From assembly GCA_030141605.1 (NCBI GenBank), contig JAQGDQ010001009.1, positions 1-64,000 on the forward strand: a stretch of DNA of 64,000 nucleotides. Direction: 5' to 3'. This document shows, in pieces, positions 38,083 through 52,112 of this stretch. The position numbers and the translations under genes were made by a program. This DNA comes from Tubiluchus corallicola (lineage: Eukaryota; Animalia; Priapulida). Each line of letters starts with the position of its first letter. Position 1 is the stretch's first letter. The notes beneath the pieces were generated by a model. The model was not told the origin of the DNA. It searched no databases and worked only from the letters and a program-made list of their open reading frames with translations.

Positions 38083-38262
38083 TCACAACCAGAAACTATG
38101 TCCGTTCTTGACATAACCACAAAGATATTCATATTCATCATGATTGTGACCATCATCATATCCTAAATAACCATGCTGATGGCCACAATAACTACATCTG
38201 CTTCCACCATAGTGTACATGCCATAGACTGTTGATAAATGAGACCAGTATCAGAATATACAT
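38083..38262 (-). CDS. Possible small secreted His/Gly/Tyr-rich peptide (59 aa) or decayed relative
   Basis: MYILILVSFINSLWHVHYGGSRCSYCGHQHGYLGYDDGHNHDEYEYLCGY...; same strand and similar composition to the neighbouring gene. Confidence 0.35.
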   Translation of the reverse strand: MYILILVSFINSLWHVHYGGSRCSYCGHQHGYLGYDDGHNHDEYEYLCGYVKNGHSFWL

Positions 38263-38417
38263 CTTTTGTCCGTTAGTTTTTATTACGAAAATCAACTAGT
38301 GATAACAGACAACAAACATGACATATTTGCAACATGTTGCTGTATGATTTTTGCACACAAGCCGTTTTCATACGGATTTGTACTTTTGCCAAATCACATT
38401 CAATACAAACTCTAAAC

Positions 38418-38868
38418 TAGTGGCGGCTCCTAGGGTTGTGCTTCAGAAATTTTTAGCTATTGTTTTAATACTGTGTAATAAGAAACAAACATAATTTATT
38501 ATGTGATTTTAAACAAACAAACATATGTTTATACATTAAAATATTTTTTGCTCACTAATGGCCTAAATACACGCAGTTCGTGACAACTGAGAACAAACTG
38601 TGTGAGCAGCAGTACTTTCTCTACCTAGCAGCAGACACTAGCAGTGCAGCGTACAGCATCTCAGACATGTGAGCATGGCCACATACGCACAACAGCTAAA
38701 CACCACTGCGCTGGGCTGTGAAGCAAACAGTACTACCCTCACGTCCTCTGGTTCTGTATAAAGGAAGCACTAAAGACAAATGACTTTTTATATTGAATAT
38801 TATCGGTAACATTGAATGACGATAGGGGGTGCTGCAGTTCCGCAGTACCCATACACGAGCCGCCACTG
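38418..38868. mobile_element. hAT-like MITE
   Basis: TIRs TAGTGGCGGCTC / GAGCCGCCACTG; flanks CTCTAAAC / CTAAAAAC; relatives at 28233-28330, 48130-48406 and 61325-61640. Confidence 0.7.
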
Positions 38869-39670
38869 CTAAAAACAAACTTTGCAAACTCATTTAATTA
38901 AAAATCAATATGGCACATCTTTGGCATTGCGTCATGAACGCTAACAACTCGTGAAAAATAAAGAAGTAACAATAACAACTTAAAAAAACAAGTAATAACT
39001 ACATTCAACTGTTCAAAACTGATGTTACAAGAGTATTAATTTTATACACTAAATTAGTTTGTGTCAACCCCAACGCAGAATTACTCGGGTTTAGTAACTT
39101 CATCACTCAAAGCTTTGAAAATGACAGGTGATTCAAAGATGCTAAAGGATGTTACAAGTCATGAAAGCACCAGCGTTTTGTACGTTAAGGCACAAGAAAA
39201 ACCTGCACTTACATACTGCATAAATGCATACAGGGCTTGCGTCGGCAGTAGCGCGTTATAAAACGTGCAAATTTAGACTCCGGCGATGACTCTTGGACGC
39301 AGCCATTTTGACGACAGCTCATTTGAAACAATCTTAGATATCATTAAGAAAAGTTTGAAAAAATAATCAGAGCATTCGTAGTGCACACGTCACTAACTAA
39401 GTAAAATTTAAAATTACTGTATCTTGTCAATAAGATTAAAAATTGTTTTTTTGCTAGCGAGTGGTGCACACTGGAGGTGATTCAGCGGCATTTTACCAAT
39501 TGATGAAAATAATTAATAATTTTCTTTTCTAGTTACATAAGTCTTTCAATCAGATAAACTTAACGTTAAGTAGTACAACTTATGGACATAGTTTAACATT
39601 TCCTTTTCAACCCCTGACTTACGCTGTGCGTGTATGACGTCATGTAATGGCGCGGTGGGAACAGTATTGC

Positions 39671-39728
<58 letters not shown>

Positions 39729-40100
39729 CCTGTATGTAAGGTATGGAGGTAAAAAATTTCGCCGAATGCCAGGTTTGGTGAACAGGGTCGGTGCTGATCT
39801 TGACTCGACAGAGTTAAAATATCGAATACATCCTAGGTAACTTTTGTCTTGTCGGCTGGGTCCTTGTTTCACTGTCCTACAAGAAGTAGTTGTGGTCCCA
39901 CACCATCGCTAACTCATCCTTGAATAATTGACTCACCTGCGATTTGCAAAGTTTGGCCTTAGATTTTGTTGGATACCATTAATTTACATAACTGGTGATT
40001 CTCACAGTTCTTACAATCTCTTACAATCTTAAAAATCTCTTACAAGTCCATGTTGTCCTCAAGATGATCGTCTGCTACTGAGTCGTGACATAGCCACAAC

Positions 40101-40763
40101 TTAGTGGTAGCCACCACCATGTCCATAGCCACCATAACTGCGACGATGGCCACCGTGACCGTAACCACCGCCATATCCTCCATAACCACGACGATGTCCA
40201 CCATATCCACTGTGGTGTCCGCCATAACCACGCCTGTGACCACCATAACCGCCGCCATATCCACCGTGATGGCCACCATAACCACGCCGGTGCCCACCAT
40301 AACCACCACGATGTCCACCATAACCACCACGATGTCCACCATAACCACCACGATGTCCACCATAGCCACCACCATGACCACCATAACCACCACGATGTCC
40401 ACCACCATAACCACCACGATGTCCACCATAGCCACCATGGCCACCATAGCCACCACCATGACCACCATAACCACCACCATAACCACCACGATGTCCACCA
40501 TATCCACCATGGCCACCATAACCACCACGATGTCCACCATAGCCGCCATGGCCACCATAACCACCATGTCCACCATAGCCACCACCATGACCATACCTTC
40601 CACCTCCATAGAGCAGGAAAATCCGTAAGAGGTTCTGCCTCTGTGAGTCTGTCAGGGTAGCCGAATTAGCGGCATTGGAGAGAAGTTGGGCTAAAACTGG
40701 GTAAACAAAACCGAGGCTATTTCCACCACCACCATAACCACTTCCTTCCACCTTGTAGCCAAT
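40101..40763 (-). CDS. Secreted Gly/His/Tyr/Arg-rich protein A, exon 2 (spliced product 239 aa)
   Basis: Acceptor TTTTTTTCTAAATGCAG|ATT, phase 0; GGYGGH(R) repeats with third-position codon variation. Confidence 0.9.
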   Translation of the reverse strand: MGYKVEGSGYGGGGNSLGFVYPVLAQLLSNAANSATLTDSQRQNLLRIFLLYGGGRYGHGGGYGGHGGYGGHGGYGGHRGGYGGHGGYGGHRGGYGGGYGGHGGGYGGHGGYGGHRGGYGGGHRGGYGGHGGGYGGHRGGYGGHRGGYGGHRGGYGGHRRGYGGHHGGYGGGYGGHRRGYGGHHSGYGGHRRGYGGYGGGYGHGGHRRSYGGYGHGGGYH

Positions 40764-41074
40764 CTGCATTTAGAAAAAAATATAAAAAAATGCTGAAGTG
40801 AATTTGAGCTTGTACAAAACAAACAGTGCGCTGCGTTTTGTGGAATTCAGTAACAAAATGGCGGCTCACTAATATTGACAGTTCTGTTACTTAGTTGTTT
40901 ACCAAAAATGACTGCTTGTAAGAAACAAGAAAGTCTTGTATTATGTAGCTTTCGTAATTTGTGACAGTTGGTTACTAATTTTCGTGACATTGTAGTGATT
41001 ATCAGTAGATAATTAAGTAGCAAATTAACACTTAAGAGTAAAACTGGTATCTCTCTTTTCTGGTATCTCGTAGA

Positions 41075-42372
41075 AATGTTTTGGTCCATTACCCCTTCTC
41101 AAGGTAGTATATGCATTAGAAGCCAAAATATATTAGACTGTAGTTCAACAAGCTAGACTACCCCTTCTCAAGGTAGTATATGCATTAGAAGCCACAATAT
41201 ATTAGACTGTAGTTCAACAAGCTAGACTACCCCTTCCCAAGGTAGTATATGCATTAGAAGCCACAATATATTAGACTGTAGTTCAACAAGCTAGACTACC
41301 CCTTCCCAAGGTAGTATATGCATTAGAAGCCACAATATATTAGACTGTAGTTCAACAAGCTAGACTACCCCTTCTCAAGGTAGTATATGCATTAGAAGCC
41401 ACAATATATTAGACTGTAGTTCAACAAGCTAGACTACCCCTTCTCAAGGTAGTATATGCATTAGAAGCCACAATATATTAGACTGTAGTTCAACAAGCTA
41501 GACTACCCCTTCCCAAGGTAGTATATGCATTAGAAGCCACAATATATTAGACTTTAGTTCAACAAGCTAGACTACACCTTCTCAAGGTAGTATATGCATT
41601 AGAAGCCACAATATATTAGACTGTAGTTCTACAAGCTAGACTATCCCTTCTCAAGGTAGTATATACGTTAGAAGCCACAATATATTAGACTGTAGTTCAA
41701 CAAGCTAGACTACCCCTTCTCAAGGTAGTATATACATTAGAAGCCACAATATATTAGACTGTAGTTCAACAAGCTAGACTACCCCTTCTCAAGGTAGTAT
41801 ATGCATTAGAAGCCACAATATATTAGACTGTAGTTCAACAAGCTAGACTACCCCTTCTCAAGGTAGTATATACATTAGAAGCCACAATATATTAGACTGT
41901 AGTTCAACAAGCTAGACTACCCCTTCTCAAGGTAGTACATGCATTAGAAGCTACAATATATTAGACTGTAGTTCAACAAGCTAGACTACCCCTTCCCAAG
42001 GTAGTATATGCATTAGAAGCCACGATATATTAGACTGTAGTTCAACAAGCTAGACTACTTTTTTCTACTATGACAATGCATAGGTGGAACTTGTTATGTA
42101 CACACGTTTCTGTTACATTTAAAATTATACTGCTACCTTTTACTGACATTCTAGCTTTTTCTCGACTCAATACTGGACCAACAACGTATGTATGCATTTT
42201 AGTGTAACGTAGTAATATGTAGCACTTATTTTGTAGCACTTATTTTCTAGCACTTATTTCGGTAGTTTTGCAGAGGTAGTAATTGTAGATTACAGAAAAT
42301 TTGTATTTTCTGCTGAATAAACTAACATAGATATGGGAACGCAACTTTGGTTTGAGCGTATACATTACAAAC
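41075..42372. repeat. 69-bp minisatellite (about 14 units, 41090-42060) with unique flank; inverted relative of 22548-23290
   Basis: Reverse-complement match of both array and flank; lies in the protein A intron. Confidence 0.92.
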
Positions 42373-42399
42373 AGCATAAGTTCTTCTACTCCTAAAGAA

Positions 42400-42562
42400 A
42401 GATTGGGTTGAAGTTGTTTAACATCTTTATTTATCTTTCCCTATCCAAGTTGTTTTTGGTTCGTCAGGTAGTTTTAATGCTTCATTTCAGGCGATTCTTA
42501 CTGGTACTTCATCTGGTAATCGTAGAAGATGTCCTAAACATCTTAATCTTCGGATCTTAACT
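42400..42562 (-). mobile_element. Non-LTR (RTE-like) RT C-terminal fragment
   Basis: Minus strand encodes VKIRRLRCLGHLLRLPDEVPVRIA*. Confidence 0.6.
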
Positions 42563-43175
42563 GCATGGTCCTACTAGATACCCCTATTCAGCATGGTCCT
42601 ACTAGATACCCCTATTCAGCATGGTCCTACTAGATACCCCTATTCAGCATGGTCCTACTAGATACCCCTATTCAGCATGGTCCTACTAGATATGCCTACC
42701 ACACATGGTCCTACTAGACACACCTACTCTGCATGGTCTTACTAGATACCCCTAATCTGCATGGTCCTACTAGATACCCCAATTCTGCATGGTCCTACTA
42801 GATACATATACTCCACATGGTCCTTCTAGATACCACTACTCCACATGGTCCTACTAGATACCCCTACTCCGCATGGTCCTACTAGATACGTATACTCCAC
42901 ATGGTCCTAATAGATACCCCTACTCCACATGGTCCTTCTAGATACCCCTACCACACATGTTCCTACTAGATACACCTACTCTGTATGGTCCTAATAGATA
43001 CCCCAACTCTGCATGGTCCTAATAGATACCCCTACTCCACATGGTCCTACTAGATACCCCTACTCCACATGGTCCTAATAGATACCCCTACTCCACATGG
43101 TCCTTCTAGATACCTCTACTCCACATGGTCCTACTAGATACCCCTACTCCGCATGGTCTTACTAGATACACCTAC
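42561..43175 (-). repeat. 28-bp satellite array forming the 5' end of the protein A intron
   Basis: Reverse-complement relative of 1-1022; begins at the GT of the donor. Confidence 0.95.
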
Positions 43176-43232
43176 CTTGGACAAAACCAGTAAGCTGGTT
43201 ACCATGACAACCAGCGTTTTCACAATCTTCAT
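43176..43232 (-). CDS. Protein A exon 1 (signal peptide); not in the ORF track
   Basis: MKIVKTLVVMVTSLLVLSK, 57 nt, AAG|GTAGGT phase-0 donor; joins IGYKVEG, giving a plausible V-x-G cleavage site. Confidence 0.82.
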
Positions 43233-43474
43233 CTTCGACACTTCTGCTAGTATCTTCAACCGTTTCAGCAACTGAAAGTGATAAAACATCTCAACTTTTA
43301 CATCCAATTAAGCTTCTCCATTAGATGTATTAATTACCACAAAAACAGTGCAATAGACATGTTGAATGTTTTTCTTTTTTGTGCACTGCGCTATATGTTC
43401 AAGGTCAGTAAGTCTGTACAGTCCTACTGACCTTACATTAATTGGCCATAAGGCCAGTGGCTTCTTGTGTATAG

Positions 43475-43735
43475 AAGTAAAATAAATCGTTGTCTTGGTT
43501 GTGTATAGCTGATTATTGGTGTTTTAGGGATGGCAAAACTATGAAGAGTCAGGACCTGTCACAAAAAGTAAAATAATTCGTTGTATTGGTTGTGTATAGC
43601 TGATTATTGGTGTTTTAGGGATGGCAAAACTATGAAGAGTCAGGACCTGTCACAAAAAGTAAAATAATTCGTTGTATTGGTTGTGTATAGCTGATTATTG
43701 GTGTTTTAGGGATGGCAAAACTATGAAGAGTCAGA
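43475..43735. repeat. 91-bp tandem repeat x about 3 upstream of protein A
   Basis: Each unit has ATTGG (CCAAT on the gene strand). Confidence 0.9.
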
Positions 43736-44065
43736 TTATAAAACTCCATGTTTATTGAACATCAAACACAGTAAATATAACAGATAGTAATGCCAAGCCC
43801 CCTGATCTAACATGCTCTCCTTCAACTCCCAGACTCAATACCCTGAGCTGGGCGCATCATACGGCTTATATCTACGCCTACCTTTCGGTTCTGAATCACT
43901 TGATCACGTGACACCACACCTTAACTGGCTTCATGCCAGCATTCATCAACATTATTATCTATCATAATTTTCTAACGCTTTTAACATAGTTTAACAGGTC
44001 CTCTTTACTATAGATACTGTGGTACTGCAGCTGTTTTCACTCATTATTATCGATAATATTCAATA

Positions 44066-44180
44066 TACAAGTGCTGAAGACTTGCGAAGAGTTATCAAGG
44101 ACGTTTGGGTTAAAGAAATTACTTCCTAGTACTGCCAAAACCTAATTTCCAGTATACCTCTTAGAATGAAGGCAGTGATC
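44066..44180 (+). mobile_element. Tc1/mariner transposase C-terminal remnant
   Basis: SAEDLRRVIKDVWVKEITS*YCQNLISSIPLRMKAVI resembles the Tc1 L..SMP.R..AVI motif. Confidence 0.7.
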
Positions 44181-44440
44181 TACGAAGTACCTAACAAGGC
44201 TGTAGCCTAGAGCGCCCTGCTTAGGCATTCTAGGGGGTAAAAAATTCTTATTCTTCGCCAAGATTCTTAAACATTCATACAAAGTGCGCATTTTATAGCG
44301 CACCACAAGCAGTTGCCGAGACCGCTTTTATAATAAAGAGCGTCATAATATATTGTGATAAACAATGCTTTTTGGCGATTAGGCAACCATTATTAAAAAT
44401 ATCAACACAACTTAAAAAATAGACGATTCATGGGTGGTAA

Positions 44441-44634
44441 ATTCGTCATCGTTGCTATGTAGGCAATATGGCACATCATTGCCTTCGTCATCAGTGCTAT
44501 GTAGGCAATATGGCACATCATTGCCTTCGTCATCAGTGCTATGTAGGCAATATGGCACATCATTGCCTTCGTCACCAGTGCTATGTACGCAATATGGCAC
44601 ATTATTGCCTTCGTCATCAGTGCTATGTAGGCAA
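44441..44634. repeat. 45-bp tandem repeat x4
   Basis: TTCGTCATCAGTGCTATGTAGGCAATATGGCACATCATTGCC-type unit. Confidence 0.9.
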
Positions 44635-44813
44635 ATTAACGTAATTTTCAACATCTAAAACATTTCATGAGAGTGTTTGTGTAAGTGAAAATTACTCAAA
44701 GTACAATACTACTGTAAGATATTTAGTATATTATACTAGAAATAGGCAAGTTTTAAGATAAAATTTCAAATTTACCGCTGTACTCACGCATAACCTGTCG
44801 AACGTGTGCAGTA

Positions 44814-45309
44814 CGTCACAAACTTACACATCTGAACTGAGAGGTACAGCACCTGTTTTTTTGCAACACGTTTCCGAAATGCAGGCGCTAGTGCCCGTCT
44901 AACTAGCGAATGGCGAAATGCATGTAACAGCGAAGAACTCGTGGTGCGAACGTGAATTTGTGTTTGTGATAGCTCAGGCCCATCTATATTTCTTAAAGCA
45001 AAATCGGACCCAATCTTAAACTGTAGGCCAAAACGATCTACTCTGTAAAAGATTGAAAGGAAACATACTATTTTAATTACAAAATGACTTACGCGAAAGA
45101 ATTATTACCGACACAAACAAATATTCACGTTCGCGCCACGAGTTCTTCGCTGTTACATGCATTTCACCATTTGCTAGTTAAATGGGCACTAGCGCCTGCA
45201 TTTCGGAAACGCATTGCAAAAAAGCAGGTGCTGTACCTCTCAGTTCAGATGTGTAAGTTTGTGACGAACTCGTGGCGCGAACGTGAATTTGTGTTTGTGT
45301 CGGTAATAA
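44814..45309. repeat. Nested inverted repeats of a dispersed element (another copy at 50995-51320)
   Basis: 44814-44968 versus 45110-45266 inverted; 45102-45145 versus 45266-45309 inverted. Confidence 0.85.
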
Positions 45310-45310
45310 G

Positions 45311-46252
45311 GACAGAACAAAACAGAACAGAACGGAATGGAGTGAAACAGAACAGACGGGACAGGAGAGGACAGGACAGGACAGAACAGAACAGAACAGA
45401 ACAGAACAGAACAGAACAGGACAGAACAAAACAGAACAGAACGGAATGGAGTGAAACAGAACAGAACGGGACAGGAGAGGACAGGACAGGACAGAACAGA
45501 ACAGGACAGAACAAAACAGAACAGAACGGAATGGAGTGAAACAGAACAGAACAGGACGGGACAGGACATGACAGGACAGGACAGGACAGGACAGGACAGG
45601 ACAGGACAGGACAGGACAGGACAGGACAGGACAGGACAGGACAGGACAGGACAGGACAGGACAGGACAGGACAGGACAGGACAGGACAGGACAGGACAGG
45701 ACAGGACAGGACAGAACAGAACAGAACAGAACGGAATGGAGTGAAACAGAACAGGACGGGACAGGACAGGACATGACATGACATGACATGACATGACAGA
45801 ACAGAACAGAACAGAACAGAACAGAACAGAACAGAACAGAACAGAACAGAACAGAACAGAACAGAACAGAACAGAACAGAACAGAACAGAACAGAACAGA
45901 ACAGAACAGAACAGAACAGAACAGAACAGAACAGAACAGAACAGAACAGAACAGAACAGAACAGAACAGAACAGAACAGAACAGAACAGAACAGAACAGA
46001 ACGGAATGGAGTGAAACAGAACAGGACGGGACAGGACAGGACAGGACATGACATGACATGACATGACATTGCATGACATGACATGACATGACATGACATG
46101 ACATGACATGACATGACATGACATGACATGACATGACATGACATGACATGACATGACAGAACAGAACAGAACAGAACAGAACAGAACAGAACAGAACAGA
46201 ACAGAACAGAACAGAACAGAACAGAACAGAACAGAACAGAACAGAACAGAAC
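45311..46252. repeat. Compound pentanucleotide array (ACAGA/ACAGG/ACATG)n
   Basis: Related arrays at 60380-60730, 62125-62525 and 63510-63800. Confidence 0.96.
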
Positions 46253-46310
46253 ATAGTTTGCATAGTTATGTAAAACTCAAAAGAAAGGCGAAGTTGAACT
46301 TATTTTAATA

Positions 46311-48125
46311 TTTGGGGGGAAAAAGGACGTTTCAGCAAACAAGTTTTGATAAGCTTGGGCGTTCCCAATTTTCAACGAAAAATGACGTCATCCGGTTACT
46401 TTTTAGCAATGTGTACTTTATGTATGCTTTTTTGCAATGTATACTTTATGTATGCTTTTTGCAATGTATAGTTTATGTACACATGTATACTTTGTGTGCT
46501 TTTTTGCAATGTATACTTTATGTATGCTTTTTTGCAATGTATACTTTATGTACACATGTATACTTTATGTGTGCTTTTTTGCAATGTATACTTTATGTAT
46601 ACATGTATACTTTATGTGTGCTTTTTTGCAATGTATACTTTATGTATGCTTTTTTGCAATGTATACCTTATGTATACATGTATACTTTATGTGTGCTTTT
46701 TTGCAATGTATACTTTATGTACACATGTATACTTTATGTATGCTTTTCTGCAATGTATACTTTATGTACACATGTATACTTTATGTGTGCTTTTTTGCAA
46801 TGTATACTTTATGTATACATGTATACTTTATGTGTGCTTTTTTGCATTGTATACTTTATGTATGCTTTTTGCAATGTATATTTTATGTACACATGCATAC
46901 TTTGTGTGCTTTTTTGCAATGTATACTTTATGTATGCTTTTTTGCAATGTATACCTTATGTATACATGTATACTTTATGTGTGCTTTTTTGCAATGTATA
47001 CTTTATGTATGCTTTTTTTGCAATGTATACTTTATGTATGCTTTTTGCAATGTATATTTTATGTACACATGTATACTTTGTGTGCTTTTTTGCAATGTAT
47101 ACTTTATGTATGCTTTTTTGCAATGTATACTTTATGTACACATGTATACTTTATGTGTGCTTTTTTGCAATGTATACTTTATGTACACATATGTACACAT
47201 GTATACTTTATGTATGCTTTTTTGGGGGGAAAAAGGACGTTTCAGCAAACAAGTTTTGATAAGCTTGGGCGTTCCCAATTTTCAACGAAAAATGACGTCA
47301 TCCGGTTACTTTTTAGCAATGTGTACTTTATGTATGCTTTTTTGCAATGTATACTTTATGTATGCTTTTTTGCAATGTATACCTTATGTATACATGTATA
47401 CTTTATGTGTGCTTTTTTGCAATGTATACTTTATGTACACATGTATACTTTATGTATGCTTTTCTGCAATGTATACTTTATGTACACATGTATACTTTAT
47501 GTGTGCTTTTTTGCAATGTATACTTTATGTATACATGTATACTTTATGTGTGCTTTTTTGCATTGTATACTTTATGTATGCTTTTTGCAATGTATATTTT
47601 ATGTACACATGCATACTTTGTGTGCTTTTTTGCAATGTATACTTTATGTATGCTTTTTTGCAATGTATACCTTATGTATACATGTATACTTTATGTGTGC
47701 TTTTTTGCAATGTATACTTTATGTATGCTTTTTTGCAATGTATACTTTATGTACACATGTATACTTTATGTGTGCTTTTTTGCAATGTATACTTTATGTA
47801 TGCTTTTTGCAATGTATATTTTATGTACACATGCATACTTTGTGTGCTTTTTTGCAATGTATACTTTATGTATGCTTTTTTGCAATGTATACCTTATGTA
47901 TACATGTATACTTTATGTGTGCTTTTTGCAATGTATACCTTATGTATACATGTATACTTTATGTGTGCTTTTTTGCAATGTATACTTTATGTACACATAT
48001 GTACACATGTATACTTTATGTATGCTTTTTTGCAATGTATACTTTATGTACACATGTATACTTTATGCATGCTTTTTGCAATGTATACTTTATGTATACA
48101 TGTACAATGTATACTTTATGTATAC
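46311..48125. repeat. Two tandem blocks of about 910 bp: a 100-bp head plus an AT-rich TGCAATGTATACTTTATG array
   Basis: Identical heads at 46311 and 47221. Confidence 0.93.
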
Positions 48126-48771
48126 TAAGCTGACAAGAAACTGTGTGAGCGACAGTGCTTTCTCTACCTGTGCTCAAACGTGTGCGCATGGCTAACTGCG
48201 CACAACAGCCACACACCGCGTTGTGCTGTAAGTGCGCTGTGTTGGGCTGTGAAGCAAACAGTACAGCCTCACATGCTCTGGTTCGGTACAAGTATAAAGA
48301 AAGAAAGACTTAAGAAAAAAGACTTATTATATTGAATATTATCAATAGTACTGAGTGAAAAAGGGGGTGCTGCAGTTTCACAACACCTGTACACGAGCCG
48401 CCCCTGCTAATAATTAATCCGTTGCTTGTGTTGACGGAAATGTTTGTTGAAATGCATTCCGGAGATTTGAGTTCGGATGGTAAAACCAATAATGATCTGT
48501 TGAAGTTGTAATTATTCGGAAAAGATGAATTTAACTATGTTGCTAACTGTAAAATACTCCAATGCATACATGACTTCATATTACGTACTAAACGCTTCCA
48601 GTAGTTTCTATCTGATATGAAATGCATCAGTCTTAAATAATCGTACATTAATATTTACTAACCGTCATTTTTTAATAATGTCTAATGTATCACTATAGTA
48701 AAACTTTAGTGTACTAAAAACTAAGTATAGTCTATTCTTACTGTAAATGTTCTTGTAAATAGTGTATAAAG

Positions 48772-49260
<489 letters not shown>

Positions 49261-50491
49261 AACCATTTAAAAATAACAAAAATTATACTAAATACGTACC
49301 TGTTAAATGAGTAAATTAATGTAGACCTTAAACAGTATCGTCTGATGCAAAAAACACAAACTGCAATTCAGTCTTCTCTATTTTACCATCAGACTCCTAG
49401 TGGCCCTAATTTCAGAAATCATTCATGCTACAGTGAATAGCCTTTATACACAGTGGACACTATAGTTCTAATTACTTTGTTCTAAATGTCAGGGTTGGAA
49501 GCTTTCGAACAGTTTGGGTTTGCAAAAAAACACACTGCCTTTCCGGTTCTGTACCCCCCTTCCTCTCCCAACGTCCGACAGAAACACGCGCGGTTTATGG
49601 TTCTTGGAAAAAACGAAAGTATTTGCCTCGTTTTAACAATAAATTTAACAGTGAATTATATGGGGCGTATCGAGAGTTTAACATGTTTCTAGGTTGCCCT
49701 ATAGAAATATTTACGACCCCCCAGCATTATGGCGCTGCCCGCTGACCCAAATCTTTCATGAATAATTTTTATATAGCAAATTATAAGCATATTCATGTAG
49801 CGTGGAACTATTTTGTTAATAGAATAATTGTTTATAATAAAGTAATTATTTTGCATCGTGAAGTTGAATATAGAAAAATGATTTTAGATGAGAGACGATT
49901 TCAAATCGAAGTGTAAAGAATTGCTATAATTTGAACCCATGCAGTTTGATTTATTAACAACATAGAACTAAGACAAAGCCGGATTAAGACCTCAAGAGCC
50001 CCTAAGCATTGAAACGTTTAAATATTTAAGTTTAAGTTATAAGTTATAAGTTTATTTATTTCCACTCTGCATCTAACAATAATAATAAAAATACAGATAA
50101 TTTCACTGAAGTAAATATAAATATAAATGCAATATTATCCAGAAAGTTACAAAAGAGATTCCTATGCAGCATATACATGTGCAAATTACATTACAGAGTA
50201 ATTTTGATGCTTACAGTTTGAGCCTAAAAGCATAGCTTGACAGGCCAAACTGTACGTGGAAATCTTAAAAAAAAAATTAATTATTGAAATGATGAAATAA
50301 TGATAATATTAATGATAATAATAATAATGATAATGACATAAACGTGGGTGGTATATATATATATATATATATGTATGTATAAAGTTGATGTCATAGCATT
50401 TACTGTGAATGAATCTTACTGCCAGTTTTTCAATTTCGAAAGATAAAATTTCATTTTACAGTTTCGTGTTGTGTGTGTTCGTATATGTATA

Positions 50492-50748
50492 TTGTGACGT
50501 CATCACACAAAACGTAAGGCGTGAGCACTTTGTGACGTCATCACACAAAACGTAACTTTGTGACGTCATCACACAGAACGTAAGGCATGAGCACTTTGTG
50601 ACGTCATGACACAAAACGTAAGGCATGAGCACTTTGTGACGTCATCACACAAAACTTACGGCATGCGCATTTTGTGACGTCATCACACAAAACGTACGGC
50701 ATGAGCACTTTGTGACGTCATCACACAAAACGTATGACGTGAGCACTT
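50492..50748. promoter_or_regulatory. 38-bp tandem array with seven perfect CRE palindromes (TGACGTCA)
   Basis: The repeat is certain; the regulatory role is inference. Confidence 0.45.
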
Positions 50749-51576
50749 TATTTTCGCACAGATAATTTACAACATGTAAAGAATAGACGAAGTTAAGGGA
50801 AGGCAGGATGATTTTTCATTTACCACCCCATTTTCAACTCTGATAAAAGGTTATTTTAACACGATTAGCGCTGCAAAAGCGGTTCTGATTAACGACGGGC
50901 GAGCTCAACTATTGATGACGTCACAAACTAACATAATTTTCAACAGCAAAAATATTCCACGAGCGTGTTGCACGTGTTTGTGAAAGCGGAAATTGTAGTA
51001 CAGTGCTACTGTAAGATATTCAGTGTGTTGTACTAAAACCAAGTAAGTTTTAAGATAAAAATTCAAATTTCAAATGTGACGATGTGCTCACGCATGAGCT
51101 GTCGAACGTGTGTACTTCGTCACGAATAAACGCATCTGGACTGAGAGGTACGGCACCTGCTTTTAGTGCAATGCATTTCCAAAATAGAGGCGCTACGACT
51201 CGTCTAAGTACCGAATGGCGAAATGCCGGCGAAGAACTAGTGGCGCGAACGTGAAATTGCATTTTTGTGGAAATAATTCTTTCACGTAAGTCATTTTTGA
51301 GAAAAACAGTCCGTTTCTTCTCAATGTTTTAAAGATGGAGGTGCGGTTTTGTTTTAAATGTTTAAGTAAAGTGGGGAAAGGGAACGAATATAAGGTTTTT
51401 TACCACCTTCCCCTATATAAAATGAAATATTTATTTTAACCAGAGATTCTAAACTCTAACAATGTTATTTTATTGAAACAATGTATGGTGTTACTTTTTT
51501 GTCGTTGTGTTTCTTTACATTTTCACTGCTAATTTACATAATTATGATAATTTTGTAGAGCAGGAAGCTGGTGACG

Positions 51577-52112
<536 letters not shown>

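Noticed and set aside
39922-39945. Strong donor CAG|GTGAGT on the minus strand downstream of the protein A stop
   Set aside because: Could be a 3' UTR intron or a link to the 38083-38262 ORF, but no matching acceptor can be assigned.
40040-40628. Val/Met-rich and Thr-rich ORFs overlapping protein A
   Set aside because: Alternative frame and antisense shadows of GGN-TAT-CAY codons; only the Gly frame splices to a signal exon.
40764-40769. ATG start given by the ORF track for protein A
   Set aside because: ATGCAG is the end of the intron (pyrimidine tract plus CAG); starting here gives no signal peptide.
44441-44634. CTGATGA...GAA on the minus strand as tandem hammerheads
   Set aside because: No helix II between CTGATGA and CGAA, and no GAAA/UH arrangement.
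45084-48291. Cys-rich ORFs of 280-560 aa
   Set aside because: Translations of pentanucleotide and AT-rich tandem arrays, open in several frames, with no gene signals.
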